Assembly (NCBI RefSeq): GCF_902652985.1
Contig: NC_047016.1
Span: 28,086,001 to 28,150,000, forward strand
DNA: 64,000 nt
Direction of reading: 5' to 3'
From: Pecten maximus
Lineage: Eukaryota
Position numbers and translations under genes: made by a program. Every line of letters starts with the position of its first letter. The first letter of the stretch is position 1. This document shows, piece after piece, positions 1-11,200 of the stretch. The notes under the pieces are model-generated. The model did no database searches. It saw nothing but the letters and a program-made list of their open reading frames with translations, and had not been told where the DNA came from.

Positions 1-409
1 TAGGTCAGTCGAATTGACGCACGTGCTAAGATTCCAAAATACAGCTGTTTTCCGTCACTGCCGTATACAGTAAAAATATATACGGTGGGTGTATTCCGAC
101 AATGCGGTGGCAGTTGCAGGATAAATAATTATATGTGCTATATGTTACAGAATGGTTACCGAAGGATTTTAATTAAAACATAGCAACATCGCAGATACCA
201 TTCAAATGTCCATGCAAAGCCAAAAAAAATCATTAGACCCTTCATCGATAATCTTGATGTAAAAACAAGAAGTGAAGGTATTGGTCTTTTATTCAATTTA
301 GGATCAATTGCATTATCTTTCTAATTGAAGAGTAAATCGTTACTACCGTATAGAGTAGAACGAAAACGAAAATGTTATCTTCACAATCTACGTGTATAAA
401 CAACTATAT

Positions 410-843
410 ATAACTTTTTATTACATTTTTACCAGTGAAATATCAAAAATTATTCATTTTATAAAAGTGATATTTTTCACTAGTGATATTTTTCACTAGT
501 GAAAAATATCACTTTTGCTGATTCGACCAATCAAATTAATGATTAGAAAATACCAAAATAATTGACCAATCAGAAAGCCCGACATATATGTCAGCACCTA
601 GACAGGGGGAACTACATTTTTTGTATGCAAACTTTCGCTGTAGGCCTAGTTAGCACACGGGGTAGGTTTTTGTTGATAAAAAATGTAATAAACAGAATAT
701 CTAACAGTGTCTTCAGTAATACCAAATATATTTCACTCGTGTGGCTAATATTTTGATATTTTAAAAATATCAAAATATTAGCCCCACTCGTGAAATATAC
801 ATGTATTTGGTATTACTGAAGGCACTGTTAGATATCCTCTATA
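410..843. mobile_element. Non-autonomous palindromic (fold-back, possibly Crypton-like) DNA element
   Basis: ~140-bp hairpin at ~697-836 (atatctaacagtgtcttcagtaataccaaata...tatttggtattactgaaggcactgttagatat), inverted pair ttttattacattttt (~417) / aaaaatgtaataaa (~679), and an internal palindrome gtgatatttttcactagtgaaaaatatcac; no ORF. Superfamily is a guess from structure. Confidence 0.55.
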
Positions 844-3399
844 TATTTTATAAGGTTAACAAACATGTCTTAGATATGGTCTACGTTAACATAGGAATAC
901 TGCTTATTCTAAGATATAGATACCAATGATGGTGTAGGTACCTGAAGATCAATAGTATTGTTATAAGATATTGTCTTCAGAAAGAAATTATTCTAGAGAT
1001 GCAGGTTGATTTCGATTTTTTATGTCGTTTGATACTAAAGATGTGAAAATTACCTGAGTTTATGTCATCCAGATGATATTTTATTTTTAAACATTTCCTC
1101 ATTTTATCGTTTGGGAAATCCAAGCATTTATGGACATCCTGCTATTGTAACGATACATATTATAGGACAAACCCACGCACACTTTTAATGTATGAATAAC
1201 GAGGCAAATGACCGGTAGTCACGCAGGTCGTTACGGAATCGTAATAATTATTAATTAATTAAATTTGGTTTATGATTTTTATGGATCGTGTCTTAAATGA
1301 CTAATTCCACGTACATGATTGTGTCACTCGAACATTTGTTCAGCTGATTGTAAGAATAGTTTACATGTGATTTACGTCGACGCTCGGACTTGTCTGCTAC
1401 AAAAATACAGTTAACATCTGTTTTATACATCGCTATTGTTGGGTTAAACTGTAAATCAAATATTAGGAATGGATAAAAGGCACACAAGGCTTGTATACAG
1501 AAGAGAGGGATTGGCATAAGCTCCTATTCTATTTGTAAAACGTATATAATGTTAATGATGGAAACTAAAAACAAACATTTCCGTCGGAGTTGTTAAAAGA
1601 CGTAGCGTTGATGAAGTTAAAGTCTCTAGTCATTTGCATTCCCTTCATAATAACTAGTAACTTGACACGCTGTCTTAATGTGACATGTCATCACGTCCGA
1701 TTGTGATTGTTCTCTGACGATTAAAGTCACCCTCGTGTAACTCCAATTGTTTTGTTTATATATAGGTATCCAGGTTTACAACGGTACACATTAAGGTCAA
1801 AACGGGGTCAAATCGTTAGATATTGTAAAGGTTGACTAGCGTCTATCATTCTGTTGAGAATAATTGCTCATTGTCTATTGTTTTAATTTACTTGTAGTTT
1901 GTACTTGAACACTTCATGTGTACATTACATCAGTATTAAGATGTATGTACGAATGTATATGAACTACATTATTATAACGGTTATCATTTTTACTCGTTGT
2001 CTTTTTCAAACATTTGACTCAAATAGTTGGCTACAAAGAGAATCTTATAATTCTGTTAACAGCGAACTGCGTAAGGACAATTTACCACCTTTTAGTGAGA
2101 CAGTGCATGCAAAGTTTACTGTGTATAGTGTTAGTAACAAAAGAGATGTGATGGCGGTATCTTCGTAACGTGTATTACCTGGAATGTATTTCACAGGTGT
2201 ACAATAGCAAACTTACCGTCAGTAGGAACACCTTTATCCACTTCATAACGGTAACATTCATCCGTTCGTGTTATTATCAACCTATATAGCTACACATGTT
2301 ACTGGCCGAGTGATGCTGTAAAGGGGGCGGAGTTTACAGAAGCTAGGCTGTCATCATGTATTGTTGTGTCCCAACATTACGGGCTTGAATACAAATGAAC
2401 CAGAGCTAACCACAGTCAATCAAAATCGAATATACAATAATGTTTTTGCAGTCATGCAAAACAAGGACGCTATGACCTGATGTAAAATTACGTCATCGTA
2501 CAAGATTTCACAGATGAGTGTTGAATTGATTGACACCTATAGCCTGTGTACAACTGTGTAAATGCGAACTGTGTAGTACGGTGTGTAACGTTTTGGTGAT
2601 TACCTTTCACGACAATTAATTTTGTAATTTACTCAAGTAACGACCGTATTTCTCACTTGAATATATGGTCATTTATCTTTGCTAACTTTGTTGGGCGTCA
2701 TCCCAGACCCTACCACCTCAACGTCTTAGTTCAAGGTCTTTCAGTTAATCAGGGAAAAAAACATTAATTTGTGACCTTCAATAGGAATGAAGATCATTTC
2801 TTCTTGCAAACTTTATTGGGCGTAACCCCGTATGCCCACCAGACAAATATTTTGATTCAAGGTCTTTCAGATAATCAGAAGACGTGCCTTTAGTGTTTTG
2901 ATAAATTTGGCCTCTGTCAAGGTCATTTCTTTTCATAAAATCACCATTCAAGGGACCTGCCAGCCTACCGTCTTGATTCTAGGCCTATCAATTAATCAGA
3001 AGAAACCATACCCGTGTTTTAACAATGACGACCTCTGTAATGTTAAAATAGATCAAGGACATTTATTTTCGCAAAATTTGTTGGATGCTACCCAAGAAAC
3101 CATCCAGAATGTTCAAGGAACCTACAAATATACCTGCTAAATATCTTGATTCTAGTCCTTTTATTTAATCAAAGACATTTGGTTTTCATTAATTTGGACT
3201 CCTATGACATTGAACATGGGTCAAAGTTTACGGAAAGAAATGATCTTTACAGAGGCCAAATTTATCAAAACACTCAAGGGACGTCTTCTGATTATCTGAA
3301 AGACATAAATTCAAGATTTCTTTGCAAACATTGTCGCATGTCTTCCAAGGAACCTAACAGCAAAACATCATCAAGGCCTCGGGGGATTATTACATAAGC

Positions 3400-3605
3400 C
3401 GTCGTGTGTTACTTAATACATCAAACACTGTATGTATTCCTCTCGGAAGAGTATTTAATTTCTTTACGAACATTGTGTTTACCCTAATACATGGGAACTT
3501 ATCGATAGTTATCATCATATATGTAGACTTGAAGAGAGAAAAATATATGTGTAGTATTTTTATGATATTTCCAAAGCTTTTCGTTTTGGATTTGGCATGG
3601 TGTTG
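3400..3605 (+). mobile_element. Degenerate CR1-group LINE reverse transcriptase fragment
   Basis: Visible similarity to ~28335-28730 of the intact LINE (e.g. aatacatcaaacactgtatgtattcctct; gatatttccaaagc...tttggcatgg). Confidence 0.6.
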
Positions 3606-3679
3606 ATAAAAAAAGTCACAATTGAAAAACAAAACATCCAATATCAGATAACATACGTGATTAAAATTAATCTTATTTC

Positions 3680-5165
3680 AGTGCGAAAAGAAAGGAAGAA
3701 TTCAAGGAGTTCCAAGACTTTACCGACCCTGATTCAATGAAGATTGTCTGGCATTGTGGAACAAGACGGCTTAGCCTGGGAAAATGTGTTGGGAGAATGT
3801 TGCAACAGTGGCCTGCCTTCACAGTTACTTTGAAAGTAACACATAGCCGGACTCTCCTGGCAGGATTTAGAAATGTGCCGATGCACTGCAGTCACACACA
3901 GTATATATTCACTGCCTATTTCTGGATTAATTTCTGTCATTGCTGAATGAATCCAATACACTTTTCCATGTCTGCTTTAAAACCACATTCTATATAGTCT
4001 TTTCATAACAGTTGATTTAATCAAATTAAAGGTAATGTCAAAATGTTTAACTAAATTGAAGGTAATGTAGAAATACCAACAAAATGATGAGTTAAACATT
4101 TTTATTCTTTTAGGCTAGTGTATCCCTGGTAAGCCACCTCTATACCCAGATACAAGAGACTGCTGAGAAGGCTCCTGGGTAAGCTTGTACATCTCAAGGA
4201 AATCACAGCCCACACAGACTTAGAAATGTGTAGTGCCTTGATCAGGAAAAACAGCCAGCCAACAACTTCCTTGCAATTAGATTTGAAACCAGAACATTCC
4301 TTTCCAATCACTCAGATGACCTCCTACCTAAAGATGTTGAAACAGTATTTAGGTTTGTTATTCATTCATTCAGTTTGTTTAAAGAATCAATTGTTTGATT
4401 TTAACTTCATTGAACTACACTGTACACACAATCAAATGTATATACCTATATCATAAACACCGTTATTAGTTGGATTTTTTTTCTATCTTGCAGCTCTATC
4501 AGGACTATTTATGAAAGGGTGAAATAAAAGATGAAGAAATTTGCATTTGATGACGAAGCTCTGCAGCAGATGAGATTTTTTAACCTTGCAGGGAGGAAAT
4601 ATATTACACAGAGCGAAGGTAGGTGTCCAATACATTCACCCTACAGTGTTATTTTCAGTACCAGCTACACCATATCATGGGCTAGCTATCAACGTATCAG
4701 AATTAAAGCTTTACAATCCAATAGTAATTTTCCTTTATAGTTGGAGACCTTGCAGAGAGGTTTTTACCCAATATTCCTCGACAACTCATTAATAATGAGG
4801 TGCTAGACTTCATATTGTCACCATTATCATCATTGCCTTCCAATGACCCTCAGAATCCTAAACGTTCCTGGGTAGAAATGGACCACCAAAAAGACCTAGC
4901 TGGAAAGCCGTTCTATGAGAATCTTGCTCAGCTTGTCCTTGCCTTATGTAGCATGGCCCACTAAAATGCTGCATCTGAGAGGAGTTTTTTCAATTCTTAA
5001 AAAAATCACACTGACTGAATATGAAACTTGTCAAACAAGACAATACATTCGTTGATGTCTGTGAAATTTAACATACAGTCAGACTGTTTCCGTTATACTC
5101 CAACAGATGTTGTACTTCAGAAAACTAAGAAAGCATGTGCCATGTGAAAAGTGATACAAAATGAA
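3680..5165 (+). pseudogene. Degenerate hAT-superfamily transposase (C-terminal half)
   Basis: Hand translation: SAKRKEEFKEFQDFTDPDSMKIVWHCGTR(R)LSLGKCVGRMLQQWPA (3680-3820; TRW motif decayed to TRR), LFLD*FLSLLNESNTLF (~3915-3965), and dimerization-domain-like H*NAASERSF..ILKKI (~4960-5010); stops and frameshifts throughout. Confidence 0.7.
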
Positions 5166-5199
5166 GCAACAGTGTTAATGAACATGAAATTATGTGTTC

Positions 5200-5900
5200 C
5201 CTTACAATCCATAGGAAAATATGGCATGTATGGGTTTGTTGGTTAAATTAAAGTCGTGTCGTATTTCGGGTATATTGGTATTCTTGGCTAGAAATTATAG
5301 ACGACAAAGGGTATTTTTAAATGGCTCTTATTCTACTGTAAGTCAAATCGAAGCAGGTGTTCCTCAAGGCTCAATTATTGACCCACTTGTGTTTTATATT
5401 TATATTTGTCAAATTGCTGACATCTGCCTCTCGCCTATTTGCAAATGATATTTCACTGTAAATGTCGTCATCTCATTGCCTGTTTGGATAAACTTTGAAT
5501 AGTGATCTAGATATGTTAAATGCATAAGGCTAAAACAATAGCTATGCTCTGCGAAACAAAAATTACTATAGAATTCCTCAATTGTTATACCTTCTAAGAT
5601 GAATATTTTGCACACAAGGCTTAGACACGAGTGTACACGTAGTTCCCTTAATCATGATGTCTTTAGAGCACGCATTGCAAATAATGCAGCATGTACTTGT
5701 GGAAGAAATAAAAATGAAATATCTGTAGATATGTGCAACCGTTTATCAAATTCAGCACGCATTGCATTATTGCAGAAATATGCATGTTTTCATTGCATTA
5801 CTAGTCTTCTGTTGATGTTTATTGGGAGAAGACGTAGATCTAATTGTTAATAACTTGTGCATATTCCTTTGTCATAAGATTAACAATAAATACGTTTAAA
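5200..5900 (+). mobile_element. Degenerate, internally deleted CR1-group LINE 3' part
   Basis: [12 protein letters not shown] (RT motif), NILHTRLRHEC...CTCG (C-terminus) and a 3' tail (ggagaag...taacttgtgc...aataaatacgtttaaa) matching the end of the intact LINE at ~30225-30298. Confidence 0.75.
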
Positions 5901-6299
5901 TCAGATTCCTCGACAAAACAAATATGGTCAAGAGTCATTAATGATGTCAGTAGAGACACGTCGGAGTCAATATGGCTTGACAATCTTGATAGTCTATACG
6001 TGTTTAAATTGGACCTACATTTTACCTTAGAGTGTGCATCTTTTCAACATGTTGGGGCTAGATCAAAATTCGGTCAAATAATATATCTCGGTCTTTTTAT
6101 ACTGGTACCGTGGGTCTAAATACAGAATGTACATATAAAATCATAAATTGTATCCACAGGCGTCTGCTTCTGGTTATTATCAATATGAAAAAATATTTGA
6201 CCCTAAGCATACTATATCGGCAGTAAGAATAGGGATAATACACCAACCCCAACCCCTTATTAATACTAACCAGTCCCCCTTTTCCCAGTTTTAGACCCA

Positions 6300-6720
6300 T
6301 GCAGAGAGGTTTTTACCCAATATTCTTCGACAACTCATTGAGGATGAGGTGGAAGACTTCATCTTGTCACCATCATCATTCATTGCCTTCCAATGACCCT
6401 CAGTAGCCTGAAAGTTTCTGGGTAGAAATTGGCCACCGAAAGGACCACTCTGGAAATTCATTCTATGAGAATCTTACTTACTTGTCCTTGCCTTATGTAA
6501 CATGGCCCACTCAAATGCTGCATCTGAGAGGAGTTAGAAAATTAGAAAAATTCAAACTGATTTGAGAGGAAACTTGTCAAACAAGACAATCCATTCGTTG
6601 ATGTCTGTGAAATTTAACACTTCAGACTGTTTCAGTTATACTCCAACAGATATTGTACTTCATAAAACTAAGAAAGCATGTACCATGTGAAAAATAATAC
6701 AAAATGAAGCAATAGTATTA
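6300..6720 (+). pseudogene. Duplicated hAT transposase C-terminal dimerization region
   Basis: MAHSNAASERS...IRKIQTDLRGNLSNKTIHSLMSVKFN readable at ~6502-6620. Confidence 0.7.
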
Positions 6721-6859
6721 GTGAACATGAAATTATGTGTTCGTTTTTTATTTTGTATAACATTATGTCACAAAATGTGCCTATATTTGTGCTGCGCGTA
6801 TACCTCCTTTATTTCAGACCAAAATCCCTTTAAATGGTTGTCAATCTCCCTTACCATCC

Positions 6860-7550
6860 CTAGGAAAATATGGCATGTAAAAGGTTTGTTGGTTAAATCA
6901 AAGTTGTGTCTTATTTCGGGTGAATGGTATTCTTGGCTAGAAATTATAGACGCAAAGGGTATTTCTAAATGGCTCTTATTCTACTGTAAGTCTAATGGGA
7001 AGCAGGTATTCCTCAAGGCTCAATTATTGAACCACTTTTGATTGTAATTTATATTTGCCTCTCGCCTATTTGAAAATGATATTTCGCTATGAATGCCATC
7101 TCCTTGCCTTGATTCGACAAACTTTGAATAGTGATCTAGATAGGGCTAAAACATGATTGGTTACTCTAATCCCGATGTACAGACGTATTATCACTAATTC
7201 TGTGTCCATTGATGAAGATTTAAATTCAATATTAGATTGGAAAACCCTGAACTGTACTGGTCATCTTAAACATTTAGGTGTAGCTTTTAATTATGATGCA
7301 AAATGGGGAGATTGTGTTTATGAAATGTGTACCTCTGTTATGTGGAAAATTAATGTCTTAGGAAAACTAAGCACATTCTTATCTCTACATTCATTTCACC
7401 ATTCCAGTAATCGCTTGCGAATTATGGGATGGGTGTGCTCGATTCGAATCGGGAAAAGTTATAGAAAGCGCAAAGATAATGTGTCCGTATTTTTAAGGGC
7501 CTTTCATCGTATGCCCATATTGATGATTTGTATTTTGAAATAGACTTGGA
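6860..7550 (+). mobile_element. Degenerate CR1-group LINE RT fragment (second duplicate)
   Basis: KIWHVKGLLVK, HLKHLGVAFNYDAKWGD...SVMWKINVLGKL align with the intact LINE ORF ([26 protein letters not shown]...[12 protein letters not shown]). Confidence 0.75.
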
Positions 7551-8276
7551 AACTTACCTTAAAAAAAACAAAAACAAAAAACAATCATAATCATCTGTCG
7601 TAAGTTTACAATGTATACGCTTAAACAAATTCCTCGACAAAACAAATATGGTCAAGAGTCATTAATGATGTCAGTAGAGACACGTCGGAGTCAATATGGC
7701 TTGACAATCTTGATAGTCTATACGTGTTTAAATTGGACCTACATTTTACCTTAGAGTGTGCATACATGTATTTTCAACATGTTGGGGCAAGATCAATATT
7801 TGGTTAAATAATATATCTCATTTTGTCATTTTATACTGGTACCGTAGGTCCAAATACATATAAAATCATAAATTGTAACCAACAAACCCTCAAGTCGCTG
7901 TGATATGATTAGATCAAAATTACATGAAACAGATCCCTGGTATCCAATCGGTTTACTGTAGTTGGTATATCCGCTGAACCCATAAACCCAAATCAATTGT
8001 TGTGTACACAATGTCCTAATTAAATGATATGTAGGAAAAAATACTATTTCATACAAAACACTATTTTATACAACGCCGTGCAATATTCTAATTGGAATCC
8101 GGAACGTTGAACCCGTTAAAAAATCTTGAAGTTTAAATTTAGTAGATCTCGTAAGTTTTCATCTAGACGCTTTGATCTCAGATCGCGTCTTGCTTTCTTT
8201 TCAAACGCCACAGAGACCATGATATAAACGTCATTTGTTTGGATGGAAACAAGCACAGAGTGATTTTTTTAAGAAA

Positions 8277-11200
8277 ATGACGAACGAAACGCCGACAACT
8301 GAGGGTCAACCAGGAGAAGAAGAACCTGTAGAAGAAGTAGAGGTTTTGCTTCCGAATACTACTATTGTAACCCACTGTGTATTGAAAAACGATGTTGAGA
8401 GACTTGTGAAATGTTTTGAAAGCGATGAGGACCCATATAAAGAGACAGTAGCCGAACTAATAAACCAGCGTGATGAGGATGGGAAGACACCTCTCGACGT
8501 AGCAGCCACATTAGGTCGTGTAGATATTGCTAAGGAACTTATTACAAGAGGAGCCGATGTGAATTCTGTAACAACAAAGGGTATGGCAATTGTAAACACT
8601 TTTCATAAGATATATACATTGTATGTACTACTCCAACAATGTTAGGGGTTTTACACGGCGAGATACTTTTGACAGGCGCCGTGTAACGTCGCAGTCGGCA
8701 AAATAATATCCGATAGAAAAAAAGCCGACCAGCGGCCTCTTATGTTATAGGAGTATGTATGTACATGCAGTACATATACCATGTAAGCTTACATGTACAT
8801 TGTACATATAATATATTCTGTACAGTACGTGTACACATAAGATGAACATGTATACATTACACATGCGGCAAATTTTGATTGACTTATACATTGTATATTG
8901 CATATAGTGATACAGACCTGGTGTCAGGGTCAGAGAAAACTTACATTCCTGATAAATTTGGTGCCATATTCATTGACCAATCCAAGTTCAAGCTATAGAA
9001 TATTCCGAGTCCTTGTTTGAGTTAGAACCTAGATTGTACGATCACATTTGAAATTGGGAGTGTATTTAGTGTACATAGTGATGCAGTCATCTTAGCGTAA
9101 GAGACTTCTTTTTAGCTTGCAAATTGATTGGTAGAGTTTCAGACTGGAAAGCCGAGGGTCACAGTCGCACAGATTTGATCCCTAGTGGCAGCACACTTAC
9201 CTGCTTTCTTGTAATACATCAGGACATACAGTCCTGATATGAAAATGCAAATCTTTATAGTGGGACTGGACTGAACACCAGTAGCCAGATAACTCAAATG
9301 GTTAGAGTATGTCCTGGTCTCAGACCGTGTGGTCGTTGTATTTTTTCTCTCCTGTTACACCTTTCTCACATGTGCAGAATTGTTATTATTGGAGACAAAA
9401 AGTTGTATAAGAGAACTGATATATAGGCCTACACTGTAACTTCACTAACTTGGTGTTTAAAATTTACTATCTTGGAACAAAATTTGTTGATGGTGAACTA
9501 ATAACTGATGATCAATAAGAATACCCAGTCCAGATCTACATGTAGTACAATTAACATAGATATTAGAATGAGATAAACAAGTGGTTATGGTAAACATCTT
9601 TACTTTTCATATTGATCCAGCAATACACCCATGTGCCTGGTAACAAGCCGTTCATATAGTATGTTTGTTGTTCAGTAGAATTGCTTACAACTATGTGATT
9701 TTGTTGTGATAAGCCACACCCATGTGAATCCAAGATTGCCAAAGATTGTGTTTGTCCCCCACCCCTTTGTCTTATTGCAGAAAAAAATATGGTAATAGTA
9801 TCAATGAAACTGCTTTTTATTGACTACAGGATATTGTTCCCTTCATCATGCCAGTGCCTGGGGACGTATTGGTGTACTTAAAGTTCTCATTGAAGCTCAG
9901 GCTGGACTACAACAGAGAAACACAAATAATGAACGACCAAGAGAGACAGCACTTCGATACAACCAAACAGAATGTGTAGATTACTTAGATTGGGCAGGTA
10001 ATTATACATTTTTCATTTAACATTACCTTTGAAGGTCCCACTAACAATTTGAGATAATTTACTTGATGTAAGACATCACTTCTTTCCTAATAAGTAAAGT
10101 CTTTATTTTGAGATTGTGTTTAAGTTAGGTATGATTTTTCAGTTGTCAAAATCAGTGCTGGATGCTACTTTAAAAACTGAACAGGTAAAATATTACATGT
10201 ATATAATAGACTATACTCACAGATCTAAAAGGATAAACAGAGATAACACCTGATTTTTAAATCTTTTTCCCTATGAAATATGAATACCAGGTACATGTAA
10301 GATTCAAAGTTTACAAACCAAATATGGAGTAATGCTAAACATCCTTGTGATAGTATTAGACTTTTCAAATGTACAATATGTAGTATTAAAAAAGTGATTA
10401 ATTTTTTTTTTATTTTAGGTCCCTAAAAAAATGTTTTGCTTATTTTGATAGACATTTGTTATTAGTGCAATCACAGGGGAATCCACTGTATTGAACCAGC
10501 CTTTAAGTAAGTGCCCTGCATATATTTTGTGTGAAAACATTTCCATTGAGTTGGCAAATCAAAGGATGAAATGTTGGATTAGCAAAAGAATAGAGGGATG
10601 TTCTAAGTTATGTGGTATATAATTATATAACCATTCATATTTTATTACAAACACTGTCCTGTTTAACTACATTGATTATGCTATATGTTTTAGAAGCTAG
10701 AGTGGCTCTACAGGATGCTATCCGCAATGCCCAGGAGACAATCGCAGATCCAGAGAAGGTCCAAGGCAGACTCACTAAAGATGACAAGGTAAAATGAGGA
10801 CGTACTTGTAGCATGGTGAATAAAAAAATAAACATTAATTCCCACAAATTAAGGCAGAGAAAATACTATCAGTTAATCAATGTTTTCCCTGTGGGAACTT
10901 ATTTCATGGTATATAAATATTCTTCACTAGTAAACATTTAACATCTACCAAACCGATAGTCAGTCTGTTTTATGTGTAAGTTATGTCTGTCAGATCAGTC
11001 ACTGTAAAGTTATTAATGCCAATGGTTCCAGGTTTCAGTTTGTATACAAACAAAAAATAAACAACCAAATAAAATCCCTTAAAAACACCCATCTCTACAG
11101 TAATGTTGTTGATGTTGTAGAACCTGACCCTGAACACGTGTAAGGAGAAGACAGAATGGATTGACAGTACTACAGATGCTACCACACAGGACTTCCTCAT

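Larger units (their letters stand above)
4745..7878 (+). repeat. Local tandem duplication: unit 1 ~4745-6152, unit 2 ~6294-7878
   Basis: Both units start gcagagaggtttttacccaatattc and end tataaaatcataaattgta; each holds the hAT C-terminus, a LINE remnant and a near-identical ~230-bp tail (5905-6140 vs 7629-7870). Confidence 0.85.
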
